Of a DNA stretch of 64,000 nt, positions 10,170-19,863 are shown one piece after another. Position 1 is the first letter of the stretch. Each line of letters opens with the position of its first letter. Source of the DNA: an uncultured Chloroflexia bacterium. Its GTDB lineage: Bacteria > Chloroflexota > Limnocylindria > Limnocylindrales > CSP1-4. The notes beneath the pieces were generated by a model, which saw only the letters and a list, made by a program, of their open reading frames with translations, searched no databases and was not told where the DNA came from. Where the stretch lies: NCBI GenBank assembly GCA_963828165.1, contig CAWHDR010000001.1:928001-992000 (forward strand), written 5' to 3'. A program made the position numbers and the translations under genes.

Positions 10170-11198
10170 TCAGCCAGGGCGGGGGCCCGGTTCCGGGGCC
10201 GTGACGCTCCCTTCGCCACCGACCTCCTGTTCCGTCGAATCGGTGCCCGTATCCAGGCCGACGCCCAGACGCAGCGCCGCGATCACACCGCCGACCGACG
10301 TCCCGATCAGGATCATCGCGTGGACCAGCAACGCCATCGCAAACGCTAGATCTGGGTCCGTGCCGAAGATCGACGCGATCGACACCGCCGTCAGCTCGAA
10401 CGTCCCGACGTAGCCCGGCGCCGACGGCACGATCGTGGCGAGCGCGACGCCGCTCGACAGGAGTGCCGCCTGCGGGATCGTCAGGTCGATCCCGACCGCC
10501 TGCGCACCGGCCATGAACGTGGCGATCGAGGCGGTCCATGCCGCCGCGCTGAGGAGCAGCGCGCGACCGAGCACGCCCGGCCGGCTCGCGACGGCCAGCC
10601 CGTCGCGGAGGCGCCTGGCCAGCTCGAGGATGCGTGGATATCCCTCGGCGACGGCCGTGACCCGATCGGCGCCGGGAAGCCGGTGGCTCACGGTCGCCAC
10701 GAGGAGACCTACCACGAGCAACGCCACGAATCCAGCGCCCAGGATGACGGCGGTCGAGATGGTGCCGCCGACGCCGAGGACCACCACCGAGATGGCGGCC
10801 AACGCGACGACGATGACGGTGTCGACCACGCGCTCGACGACGACGGTGCCCAGCACGGTCGCGGTGCTCAGAACCTCGCCCTTGGCCAGCGCGTGGCTCC
10901 GTACCAGCTCGCCCAGTCGCGCCGGCAGCACGTTATTCGCGAGGTACCCCAGGTACGTGTAGCCGAGCACGCGCGGGTACGAGATGTGCTTGATCGGCTG
11001 GAGGAGGGCGCGCCATCGACCGCCGCGCGCGGCCACGTCGATGAAGACCGTGCCCACCATCAGCAGGATCCATGCCGGGTTCGCCGACCGCAGGACGTCG
11101 ACCGCACGCGGCAGGTCGACCGAGCCCGCGAGGATCCAGATGGCGAGGCCGCTGATCGCGATGCCGATGACCGTCCGGAGGATCGTCCTCCGGCTCAT
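10170..11198 (-). CDS. Lysylphosphatidylglycerol synthase TM domain (UPF0104) flippase-like membrane protein
   Basis: YLANNVLPARLGELVR, VVERVVD, PSAPGYVGTFE. Confidence 0.88.
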   Translation of the reverse strand: MSRRTILRTVIGIAISGLAIWILAGSVDLPRAVDVLRSANPAWILLMVGTVFIDVAARGGRWRALLQPIKHISYPRVLGYTYLGYLANNVLPARLGELVRSHALAKGEVLSTATVLGTVVVERVVDTVIVVALAAISVVVLGVGGTISTAVILGAGFVALLVVGLLVATVSHRLPGADRVTAVAEGYPRILELARRLRDGLAVASRPGVLGRALLLSAAAWTASIATFMAGAQAVGIDLTIPQAALLSSGVALATIVPSAPGYVGTFELTAVSIASIFGTDPDLAFAMALLVHAMILIGTSVGGVIAALRLGVGLDTGTDSTEQEVGGEGSVTAPEPGPRPG

Positions 11199-11214
11199 CG
11201 GGTGGAGGCGGCGA

Positions 11215-12000
11215 TCATCGATCGAGATCGGCGCGCGGCGCCCCCGGCGGCCGGGCGGTCAACTTCCGGGAGCGGCGCACGCGCAATCGATGGAGGAGGT
11301 ACCGACCGACCACGCGCAGGGTCGAGAGCCCGTAGACGACGCTGCGCCTGAAGCCGACGGAGCTCGCCTCCTCGAAATAGCGCGTGGGGACGGCGATCTC
11401 GCCGATCCGCCGGCGCATCCCCGCGGCAACGACCTGGGCGATGAGCTCCTGGTCGAAGACGAAGTCGTCGCTGTTCCGGTCGTACGGAATGGTCTCGAGC
11501 AGCTGCCGGCTGTAGGCCCGCAACCCGGTGTGGTACTCGGACAGACGGAGGCCGAAGGCGACGTTCTCGACGATCGTGAGGAAGCGATTGCTGATGTACT
11601 TCCAGCGCGGCATGCCGCCAGCCAGTGGGTCGCCCAGGAACCGGCTGCCGAGCATGAGGTCATGGGTCCCGGCGGCGATCGGCGCGATGAGGGCGGGGAT
11701 GCGCGTCGCGTCGTACTGGTAATCGGGGTGGAGCATCACGACGATGTCGGCGCCGGCGGACAGCGCGGCGTCGTAGCACGTCTTCTGATTGCCGCCGTAG
11801 CCGCGATTCTGGGAATGGATGATGACGTCGAGCCCGAGGTTCCTCGCGATGTCGACGGTCTCGTCCTTGGACACGTCGTCCACGAGGATCACCTTGTCCA
11901 CGATGTCGTGCGGGATGTCGGCGTACGTGCGTTCGAGCGTCCGGGCAGCGTTATACGCGGGCATCACGATGACGAGGTTCGGGCGGGTGGGCGGTGTCAC
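11215..12000 (-). CDS. GT2 glycosyltransferase (polyprenol-phosphate/DPM1-like)
   Basis: VMPAYNAA, LVDDVSKD, NRGYGG, HPDYQY, GSRF. Confidence 0.9.
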   Translation of the reverse strand: MTPPTRPNLVIVMPAYNAARTLERTYADIPHDIVDKVILVDDVSKDETVDIARNLGLDVIIHSQNRGYGGNQKTCYDAALSAGADIVVMLHPDYQYDATRIPALIAPIAAGTHDLMLGSRFLGDPLAGGMPRWKYISNRFLTIVENVAFGLRLSEYHTGLRAYSRQLLETIPYDRNSDDFVFDQELIAQVVAAGMRRRIGEIAVPTRYFEEASSVGFRRSVVYGLSTLRVVGRYLLHRLRVRRSRKLTARPPGAPRADLDR

Positions 12001-12122
12001 GGCGGCAAGGGTACCCGAGGATCGGGGTCGGCTCGGGTCCCGGCCGTCGCTGGATCGTCATCGAGGTTGTGCGACGATAGGGGCCGTGGCCTTTCCCGCC
12101 GCACGCACAAGGATCCCCCTCG

Positions 12123-12728
12123 ATGTTCGAACGCCTCTTCGGCAACACCGCCACCGACCCCGCCGTCGCGGAACGGATCCCGCCCGGCCAGTACCGGACG
12201 GAGAAGTTCCCGGTCCTGCACTACGGGTCGGTGCCCAAGGTCGACCTCGCCACCTGGGACTTCCGCGTCTTCGGCGAGGTGGACGCGCCGTTCACGCTGA
12301 CGTGGGAGCAATTCAAGGCGCTGCCGCGCAAGCAGGTCCACACCGACGTCCACTGCGTGACGCGCTGGTCGAAGCTCGACACCGACTGGGAGGGTGTTCC
12401 GATCCAGGCGATCCTCGAGCTGGCCCAGGTCCGTCCGAGCGCGACGCACGTCGTGAGCCATGCCGAGCAGGGCTACACGGCCAACCTGCCGCTCTCGGTC
12501 CTCGACGATGACGACGTCCTGCTCGCCGACACGTACGGCGGTGAGCCGCTCGAGCCTGAGCACGGCTACCCGCTTCGCCTCGTGGTCCCGAAGAAGTACT
12601 TCTGGAAGAGCTCGAAGTGGATCCGTGGCCTGGAGTTCCTGGACCACGACCAGCTCGGCTTCTGGGAGCGGTACGGCTACAACAACGACGCCGATCCCTG
12701 GAAGGAAGAGCGCTTCAGCGGCGACTGA
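12123..12728 (+). CDS. Sulfite oxidase-like molybdopterin oxidoreductase (YuiH-like)
   Basis: RIPPGQ, DVHCVTRWS, HGYPLRLVVP, KSSKW, GFWERYGY. Confidence 0.9.
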   Translation: MFERLFGNTATDPAVAERIPPGQYRTEKFPVLHYGSVPKVDLATWDFRVFGEVDAPFTLTWEQFKALPRKQVHTDVHCVTRWSKLDTDWEGVPIQAILELAQVRPSATHVVSHAEQGYTANLPLSVLDDDDVLLADTYGGEPLEPEHGYPLRLVVPKKYFWKSSKWIRGLEFLDHDQLGFWERYGYNNDADPWKEERFSGD

Positions 12729-12782
12729 TCGCGGCGAGCCTATCCGGCGCTTTCGTCGCAGACGGACCTCCCGCAAGCGGCC

Positions 12783-13562
12783 TCAGCTGCGGCGCGGCCC
12801 GCCGAGCAGCGCCGGATCGGGTGTGAAGTAGCGGAGCCTGCGGGTCAGGAGGACGAGCTCCCGTTCCAGCAAGGAGACCAGGCCCTCCAGGCGCTCCACG
12901 GTCGTCTCGGCTTCGAGGAGCGCCTGGCGGCGCGGCAGCTCGACCTGGACGATCCCGGAGAGCAGGTACGACAACACCGTCGGATCGTCGGGGATGTGCA
13001 GGTCGGGCGTCGGTTCGGGCGAGGTCCCCTCCCCCTCGAGGCCCTCCATCTCGGGTCGGCCCGGAACCCGGTCGGACCCGTCGTCCTGCTGCGACTCGAT
13101 CTCGACGCGGATGTCGAGCACCTCGGTGGTCTCGCCGTCGCGCGCCCGCATGAGGTCGAGATAGCGGACGAAGCGACGGATGGCGGTCGCGGCCAGGCGC
13201 TCGGCACGCGGCTCGTCGCCGACCTCGTCGTCCAGCGGCGTGACCTCGGCGAGGAGGTAGGGCTCGGTCTGGGCGTCCACCGATTCGATCGCGAAGCGCC
13301 CGGTCGCGGCCGCCAGCAGGTCGAAGCGACCGTCGGGGTAACGACCCGCCTGGCGGATCTCGGCGAACGCGCCGACACCGGCCAGCGTCGCCATCCTGGC
13401 CGTGCCGATCTCGCGGCCGTCGCGGATGAGCACGACCCCGAACGGCTCACCGCTGTCGAGACAGCGCCGGGTCATCGCCCGGTAGCGTTCCTCGAAGATG
13501 TGGAGCGGCAGGACGATGCCCGGACAGAGCACCGTGTGCAGCGGAAAGAGCGGGATCTCCAT
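12783..13562 (-). CDS. LON peptidase substrate-binding domain protein
   Basis: IPLFPLHTVLCPGIVLPLHIFEERY, PFGVVLI, PDGRF. Confidence 0.88.
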   Translation of the reverse strand: MEIPLFPLHTVLCPGIVLPLHIFEERYRAMTRRCLDSGEPFGVVLIRDGREIGTARMATLAGVGAFAEIRQAGRYPDGRFDLLAAATGRFAIESVDAQTEPYLLAEVTPLDDEVGDEPRAERLAATAIRRFVRYLDLMRARDGETTEVLDIRVEIESQQDDGSDRVPGRPEMEGLEGEGTSPEPTPDLHIPDDPTVLSYLLSGIVQVELPRRQALLEAETTVERLEGLVSLLERELVLLTRRLRYFTPDPALLGGPRRS

Positions 13563-13643
13563 CGACTACCCGATCCGTGAAGCCGTGTTGCGCGAATGCC
13601 CGCCCGAGTGCAGCGAGATCGCGTCCGTCGAGTCTAGTCTCCC

Positions 13644-13677
13644 AAATGAAGAAGCCGCCGGACCTGCCGGCGGCTTC
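13644..13677 (-). terminator. Intrinsic terminator of erpA
   Basis: GAAGCCGCCGG-acctg-CCGGCGGCTTC stem followed on the minus strand by TTCATTT. Confidence 0.7.
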
Positions 13678-13698
13678 GAGTCGGTATTGCTGCGAGGA

Positions 13699-14115
13699 TC
13701 AGTGGGAGCAGCCCTTGGGCGACCCCGTGTCGTCCGCTGTGCGGAAGCTGGAACCGCAACCGCAGGCCGCGACCGCGTTGGGGTTGTTCACGGTGAACCC
13801 GGCGCCCATCAGCGTGTCGACGTAATCGATCTCCGAGCCCTGCAGCAGCGCGATGCTCTGACCGTCGACGTAGACCTTGATGCCACTGGCCTGGAGGACC
13901 TTGTCCTCAGGGGTGGGCGCGTCTTCGAGCATCATCCCGTAGCGGAAGCCCGAGCAGCCGCCGGAATACACGTACACGCGCAGACCGATGTCCGGATTCG
14001 TCTCGTCCTTGGTCAACTCACGCAGCTTGCTGGCCGCAGCGTCGCTCAGGGATACGACCGTGCCCGGGTCGAGGATGGGAGTCGGCTCGACGACGGTCGG
14101 CTGCTGTTCGATCAT
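13699..14115 (-). CDS. erpA: A-type Fe-S carrier (HesB/IscA/ErpA)
   Basis: GGCSGFRY, NPNA..ACGCGSSF; GGAGG RBS. Confidence 0.9.
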   Translation of the reverse strand: MIEQQPTVVEPTPILDPGTVVSLSDAAASKLRELTKDETNPDIGLRVYVYSGGCSGFRYGMMLEDAPTPEDKVLQASGIKVYVDGQSIALLQGSEIDYVDTLMGAGFTVNNPNAVAACGCGSSFRTADDTGSPKGCSH

Positions 14116-14374
14116 GCGGGTTCGTCCTCCTTCGGACGGGGCTGGTGGTATTCAAGGAGTCGATTCCAGAGTCGCTGCTCTGTATCGTACGCACGGCAAC
14201 GGGTTTCGACAAGCGTCGCGCCGAAATCCGATGGTCCCCCGTGAGGGGTCCATGAGGATGTCAGCTCCAAGGACGGCCGGATGTCACCACTAAAGGGACG
14301 GGACACGTCAGTGGTGATTGGGACCTCGCGATCGTCGGTCGGGTCTCCGATACCCGGATGACTGAGGGAGCCCG

Positions 14375-14758
14375 CTACCGATTCAGTCGAAAGTAGGTGC
14401 GGCTCCCGATTTCCTTGCCATCGAGCTGATACCTGCCTGACGCCCAGCGTTCTGGCCGCGTCATGACGGTGTACCAGACGAGTTGCCCGAAGAACATCGC
14501 GGACCGATCGAAGTCTCCGCGCGCCGCCTTTGTGTAGATGGGCTCGAACGGAGTTCCTGTCCAGTCGCTGCCGGGTAGCCATCCCGCCGTCGCGATCTCC
14601 GCTCCCTCCTGGTCGATGAGCTCGTTGATGCGCGTGACCATCGCGTCGAACTCGGCCTCGGACAGGCGCCCACGCAGCGCGTCGAAGTCGGTTCGGTACG
14701 GCATCCGCTCGATGACCTTGCCAGTGTCGATGTCGATGAGCATGGCGTCGCCGTCCAT
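14375..14758 (-). CDS. Hypothetical protein
   Basis: Globular-looking 122-127 aa ORF (WLPGSDWTGTPFEPIY); no family recognised. Confidence 0.65.
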   Translation of the reverse strand: MDGDAMLIDIDTGKVIERMPYRTDFDALRGRLSEAEFDAMVTRINELIDQEGAEIATAGWLPGSDWTGTPFEPIYTKAARGDFDRSAMFFGQLVWYTVMTRPERWASGRYQLDGKEIGSRTYFRLNR

Positions 14759-14886
14759 CCTGCAGCCACAGTCCTTCTGACCGAGGCGGACCAGGCGTAT
14801 CTCCGCATTGCGGAACAGCGACGACGAGGTCGTCCGAACTAAGGCGCTTCGCCCGTGCCGTGGTCAGGCGGACCGACAAGCGATCG

Positions 14887-15364
14887 TCATCGTGTCGAAC
14901 CTCCGATCGAGGCGTCGCCTCGTGCTTCGATCGTCGGGGGCCGTGCGGGGACCGAGGGCGCTTCGTGCGCCTGTTCGGACGACACTGGGCGCGCGGTCAG
15001 GCGGCCGAAGACGATCGTCGTGGCGATCGGGATCCAGAGGTACAGGGGCGCGAACACGGTGAGGTACTGCCCGATATCGACCGGCTCCATGAAGAGGAAG
15101 TGGTCGAGGTCATTGGCCACTCATCAGGCATCGCCCATGCCTGCCCGACGGCGAACACCTCCGGGCACTGAGCCCTGCCCGATCCGGCGCACGTAGTCGA
15201 CGGCGAAGAAGACTACCAAGAGCACGAGGACGAGGCGCCGGATCGACGGGAAGGACGGTGCCGACGTGATCGCGTCGGGAAGGAACTGGGCAATGCCGAT
15301 GAACCCGAACCAGATCCACCAGATGAGGAACCCGTACGCGATCGCACGGATGGGGCGCTGGCAT
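14887..15364 (-). pseudogene. Frameshifted small membrane protein
   Basis: AGGAG RBS and ATG at 15364, but hydrophobic segments (RAIAYGFLIWWIWF; LDHFLFMEPVDIGQYLTVFAPLYLWIP) lie in different frames. Confidence 0.55.
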
Positions 15365-15561
15365 GTTGATGACTCCTAGGGGGCCGCGACATGGGACGGC
15401 GCGACTTGCTGAACTTCATACGAGCCGGTCGATATCAGGCGGGTACCTCGAACGCGTCGTTCGATCGCGTGCCGTCGTGATGGCGTCACAGGGCGAAGCT
15501 GTAGATGGGACGCCTCGATCGCGTCGAAGGAAAAGGCCTGTCAGCGGCCCTCTGCGGGAGA

Positions 15562-15919
15562 TCAGCGTCTCGACGGGACTCGCCAGGCAACGGCGATCCC
15601 GGCGAAGGAGCAGAGCGATCACCGCCATGTGATAGACGATGTTGGGGACGGTGTTCGGACCGAGGCGCCGAAGAGCCATATAGAGGCCGATGGAGGCGCC
15701 GACCAGAGCGAAGCAGGGTTGAGGCGAGCCCTCCCCACCGAGCCCCATCCCTGCCGAAGAAGGTCAGCTTATCCCCACCACCAGCACTACGGCGACGCTC
15801 GATCTCGTACATCGCGCCTCGTTGAACGGGCCCGGGATCACGAGCCCGGAGTGCAGCGCCGCCAACCCGAGTAAGGACAGGGCCGCGACGGCCATGATCG
15901 AGCGAAGCGTGCGTGTCAT
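15562..15919 (-). pseudogene. Frameshifted small membrane protein
   Basis: Segments MTRTLRSIMAVAALSLL, FALVGASIGLYMAL..GPNTVPNIVYH and FAGIAVAWR need several frame changes to join. Confidence 0.55.
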
Positions 15920-16093
15920 GGAATTGGCCCCGCGAGTGGATTGCAGCTCGAAGACGGGTCGGCCGTGGGCCGCAGCCACCGGGTCATTGAGATCGACGCC
16001 ATCCACGGTGCGAATGAACCAGACGCCCAAGGGGACGCTTCGCGCGAGCCCGCCGAGATCGTCTCGGAGGAAGCGGAGCTCGCAGCGTCCGCC

Positions 16094-16116
16094 ATCCACA
16101 TGCACAGATTGTGGAT
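16094..16116. promoter_or_regulatory. LysR-type operator upstream of the MFS gene
   Basis: ATCCACA-N9-TGTGGAT; start of a ~70-bp block repeated at 23468. Confidence 0.65.
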
Positions 16117-16218
16117 CCAGCCGACGCAGGTGTTTCACATCGCACGACGTCGACGGCAGCATCGGTGTTCGACCACATCACATCTGAGTTTGCGCAGGTG
16201 TGTCCATGATCTGAACAG

Positions 16219-17853
16219 ATGACGGAGATGACGATGACAGCCTCGACTGACAACCCCAGGGCCGGCCGCAAGGAGTGGATCGGTCTGGGCGTCCTCGCCC
16301 TGGCGGCGCTGGTCTATGTCATGGACCTGACGGTCCTGCACTTGGCCGTCCCCGCCCTCAGCGCGGATCTCCAGCCGAGCAGCGCCGAGCTCCTGTGGAT
16401 CATCGACATCTACGGTTTCATGGTCGCGGGGCTCCTGATCACGATGGGTACGCTCGGCGACCGGATCGGCCGGCGCAGGCTCCTGATGATCGGCGCCGCA
16501 GCGTTCGGAGCGACGTCCATCCTTGCGGCGTTCTCGACCAGCTCCGAGATGCTGATCGTGAGCCGAGCGTTGCTGGGCATCGCTGGCGCGACCCTTGCCC
16601 CCTCGACCCTTTCCCTCATCTTCAGCATGTTCACCGACCCCGGGCAGCGTGCCCGCGCCATCGCCATCTGGGTCTCGGCCTTCTCGGTCGGCAGCGCGGT
16701 CGGCCCGATCCTCGGGGGCCTCCTCCTGGAGCACTTCTGGTGGGGTTCGGTCTTCCTGCTGGCACTGCCGGTCATGGCCTTCCTGCTGATTCTCGGTCCG
16801 CGGCTGCTGCCTGAGTATCGCGACCCGGACGCTGGGCGGCTGGATCTGATCAGCGCAGCGCTGTCCCTCGTCAGTCTCCTCGCGGTGATCTTCGGTCTCA
16901 AGCAGATCGCCCAGGACGGCATCGGTCCGCTGCCCGTCGGTTCGATCGTCGTCGGTCTGGTTTTCGGCGGCCTGTTCGTCCGTCGCCAGCTCACCCTGAC
17001 GGATCCGATGATCGATGTCCGGCTGTTCCGCATCCCCTCGTTCAGTGCCGCCCTGGTGGTCAACTTCCTGGCCGTCTTCGTGGCCTTTGGCTACTTCCTG
17101 TTCGTGGCCCAATACCTCCAGCTCGTGATCGGCCTGACGCCGCTGGAGGCGGGCCTCTGGTCGGTGCCCTCGGCGATCGGCTTCATCATCGGCTCTCAAC
17201 TGGCGCCGCGGCTCGTGCGCCTGGCTCGCCCCGCCTACGTGATGGGCGCCGGCCTGGGGCTCGGGGCGATCGGGCTGGGCCTGCTGACCCAGGTCGGCGG
17301 AGGTGATGGCCTGGCCGTCGTCGTGGCTGGCTCCATCATCATCTCCCTCGGACTCGGACCCGTCTTCGGGCTGACCACCGAGCTTATCGTCGGCTCGGCG
17401 CCGCCCGAGCGGGCGGGGGCTGCCTCCGGCATCTCGGAGACCGGCGCGGAGGTCGGCGGAGCCCTCGGGATCGCGCTCCTGGGTAGTGTCGGCGTCGCCA
17501 TCTACCGAGGCGCGATGGCCGATCTGCCGCCCGAGGTTCCGGCCCAGGCGGCAAGCATCGCCCGCGATACCCTCGGCGGCGCGACGGGCGTCGCCGCGGT
17601 ACTCCCCGCGGAGCTTGCCGCGACCGTGCTCGCGATCGCGCGCGAGGCATTCGTGGACGGGATGCAGGTGGTGGCCGGGATCAGCGCGGCGGTCGCCGTC
17701 GGTGTCGCCATCCTGACCGTGGTCATGTTGCGCAACGTCCGCTCAGATGGCCCACTCTCGGGGATCGAGCCTGGGAACGAACCCGCCACGAGCGGCGACG
17801 AGCGGCCGCACCTCGGAGCCCGACCATCTGCTGCGCCGATCCCGGAAGCCTGA
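16219..17853 (+). CDS. DHA2-family (QacA/EmrB-like) MFS efflux transporter
   Basis: MDLTVLHLAVP, ELLWIIDIY, GTLGDRIGRRRLL, GPILGGLLLEHFWWGSVF. Confidence 0.92.
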   Translation: MTEMTMTASTDNPRAGRKEWIGLGVLALAALVYVMDLTVLHLAVPALSADLQPSSAELLWIIDIYGFMVAGLLITMGTLGDRIGRRRLLMIGAAAFGATSILAAFSTSSEMLIVSRALLGIAGATLAPSTLSLIFSMFTDPGQRARAIAIWVSAFSVGSAVGPILGGLLLEHFWWGSVFLLALPVMAFLLILGPRLLPEYRDPDAGRLDLISAALSLVSLLAVIFGLKQIAQDGIGPLPVGSIVVGLVFGGLFVRRQLTLTDPMIDVRLFRIPSFSAALVVNFLAVFVAFGYFLFVAQYLQLVIGLTPLEAGLWSVPSAIGFIIGSQLAPRLVRLARPAYVMGAGLGLGAIGLGLLTQVGGGDGLAVVVAGSIIISLGLGPVFGLTTELIVGSAPPERAGAASGISETGAEVGGALGIALLGSVGVAIYRGAMADLPPEVPAQAASIARDTLGGATGVAAVLPAELAATVLAIAREAFVDGMQVVAGISAAVAVGVAILTVVMLRNVRSDGPLSGIEPGNEPATSGDERPHLGARPSAAPIPEA

Positions 17854-17888
17854 CCACCGCCTCGTCGATCGACCGAAGGGAGTCCCTC

Positions 17889-18560
17889 ATGACCACCTCC
17901 GCCGCCATCACAAGCGTCGTTTCGACCCGCGCCCGGCCAGACCGTGACAGTCGCCGATCGTTGGCTGGCACCGTGACCGCTGGGCGCATCGAACACCAGC
18001 CCCCGGCGGGCCGCCCGTGGGCCATCCACCGCTGGCCGACCGCGGCCGGCATCCTCCTCGCGGCATCCTTCGCCGCGGGCATCAGCTTGGGATTCGCCGG
18101 AAGCACCGACATCGCGCAGGTCGTCACGGCCTCCGGTTTCGTCTACCTCGGCGCCGCGGCGCTCGGGCGGCGCATGGCCGCGTGGCCGTTGTTCCTAGTC
18201 AGCTTCGGGCTGATCACGATCGGCTTCCTGGTCCCCGGGTTCGACCCTTCGTTGTGGATGCTCGGCACCGTGGCCATCCTCGTGGTCTACGGTCTGGTGC
18301 AGGGCGGGCTGCGAACACCCTGGGGTATTCCGTTGCAGGCCGCGGCGATGATCGTGCTCGCTGCCGTCGCGATCACCGCCGCCAACCTCGTCGCGCCCTG
18401 GGCCGGACTGGTGGTCAGCACGGCCCTATTCGGGCACGCCGCCTGGGACATCTACCACCATCGCGTCGACCGCGTCGTCGCACGCTCGATGGCCGAATTC
18501 TGCGGAGTGCTGGACACCCTGCTCGCACTCGTCGTCCTGGTCGTGACCTTCACACGGTGA
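17889..18560 (+). CDS. Hypothetical membrane protein
   Basis: About 6 hydrophobic segments; GHAAWDIYHH...AEFCGVLD; GGGAG RBS. Confidence 0.75.
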   Translation: MTTSAAITSVVSTRARPDRDSRRSLAGTVTAGRIEHQPPAGRPWAIHRWPTAAGILLAASFAAGISLGFAGSTDIAQVVTASGFVYLGAAALGRRMAAWPLFLVSFGLITIGFLVPGFDPSLWMLGTVAILVVYGLVQGGLRTPWGIPLQAAAMIVLAAVAITAANLVAPWAGLVVSTALFGHAAWDIYHHRVDRVVARSMAEFCGVLDTLLALVVLVVTFTR

Positions 18561-18787
18561 ACCACGAAATGAATGGGAGATGCCGCCGTAGTCATCAGCC
18601 GCAGGCTGTTCGACCTGAGTTAGCGGCTGGAACGGCAAACCCGCCGCGGACCTCGATCAGCGGCCGGCGTTCAGGTTACAAGTCCCGCTTGTCCGGGCAT
18701 TCCGGCCCGATCTTCAGCCGTGGCGCAACGTGTCGACGGAAGCTGGCAAGGTCAGACCCAACCCCAACCAAGAAGGAAACCGATGGC

Positions 18788-19167
18788 ATGACGCAAACAA
18801 CCGACGAGGTCATCGACCGCTTCAATCGGGCGTTCCAAGAACGGGACGCCACCCTCCTCGTGGACAGCATCGCCTCCGACTGCGTCATGGAGAGCGTCCA
18901 GCCAGCCCCAGACGGCACACGCTACGAGGGCTATGAGGCTTCGTTCAGCTCGTGGAAGGCGCTCATCGACGACACCGCCAGCCATTTCGAGGTGGAGGAC
19001 GTCCGCACCGGCGACGAGTGGGCACTCATCCGCTGGCACTAGGTATGGGGTCCGGGCACCGAGGACTCGGTCGTGGCGTGAACGTCATGCGGGTTGTCGA
19101 TGGCAAGATCGTCGAGGCGGCCGGCTCTTCAAAGACTGCGCGGATCGTCGCCGCCCTAGAGAGCTGA
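18788..19167 (+). pseudogene. SnoaL/NTF2-like protein pseudogene
   Basis: IDRFNRAF...PAPDG...RGVNVMRVVDGKIVE; in-frame TAG at 19040-19042 and a frameshift near 19070. Confidence 0.75.
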
Positions 19168-19221
19168 CCGAACGATGACCACCATCAACGCCAACGAGGT
19201 CGCCCTGGGCGCGGGTATGTC

Positions 19222-19806
19222 ATGACCGACCAGAGGCCGTTCACCTACCATGTCTTCATCGGTACGAGCCTGGACGGGTTCATCGCCCGTGCCAACGGTG
19301 ACCTAGAGTGGCTCACCAGCCGGGGCGAGGCCGCCGGCGAGTATGGGTTCCAGGAGTTCATCGACAGCATCGACACCGTCGCGATGGGCCGCGTCACGTA
19401 CCAGAATTGGCTGGACTTGGGCACCGAACAGTGGCCGTTCCACGGCAAGCACGTGGCGGTAGTCAGCTCCCGGCTGGTCGCCGACGACGACGCGCGCATC
19501 GCGGTCTACCGGGACGTGGACCAGCTGCTCATGAGCCTGTTCGACCCGAGGGGCCAAGAGCGTCTACGTCGACGGGGGCGGGTCATCCGGGAGTGTCTGC
19601 AAGCTGGCCTGATCGACGACATCACGAGCACGACCGTCCCGGTCCTGATCGGGAGCGGGATCCCGTTCCCCGGCGACCTCGACGCCGATATCCCGCTGAT
19701 CCACCATTCGACCAAGGTGTTCGGGGCCGGTCTCGTCCAGTCCTCGAATGTAGTCGACCGCTCACCATCCGCCGGCAAAAGCGGCGTAATCCTACCCGGA
19801 GCCTGA
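19222..19806 (+). CDS. RibD C-terminal/DHFR-like protein carrying a compensating frameshift pair
   Basis: FIGTSLDGFIA, MGRVTY, PVLIGSGIP; the expected GAKSVYVDGG segment is in another frame at ~19547-19580. Confidence 0.75.
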   Translation: MTDQRPFTYHVFIGTSLDGFIARANGDLEWLTSRGEAAGEYGFQEFIDSIDTVAMGRVTYQNWLDLGTEQWPFHGKHVAVVSSRLVADDDARIAVYRDVDQLLMSLFDPRGQERLRRRGRVIRECLQAGLIDDITSTTVPVLIGSGIPFPGDLDADIPLIHHSTKVFGAGLVQSSNVVDRSPSAGKSGVILPGA

Positions 19807-19863
19807 CACTCGTCACCTGCGCGAGACAGTCAACCCGAATCCTTCGGGGCCTACAATCAGATC

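Noticed and set aside
14190-14260. tmRNA/tRNA-like GGTTTCGAC
   Set aside because: No acceptor stem, cloverleaf or tag reading frame could be built
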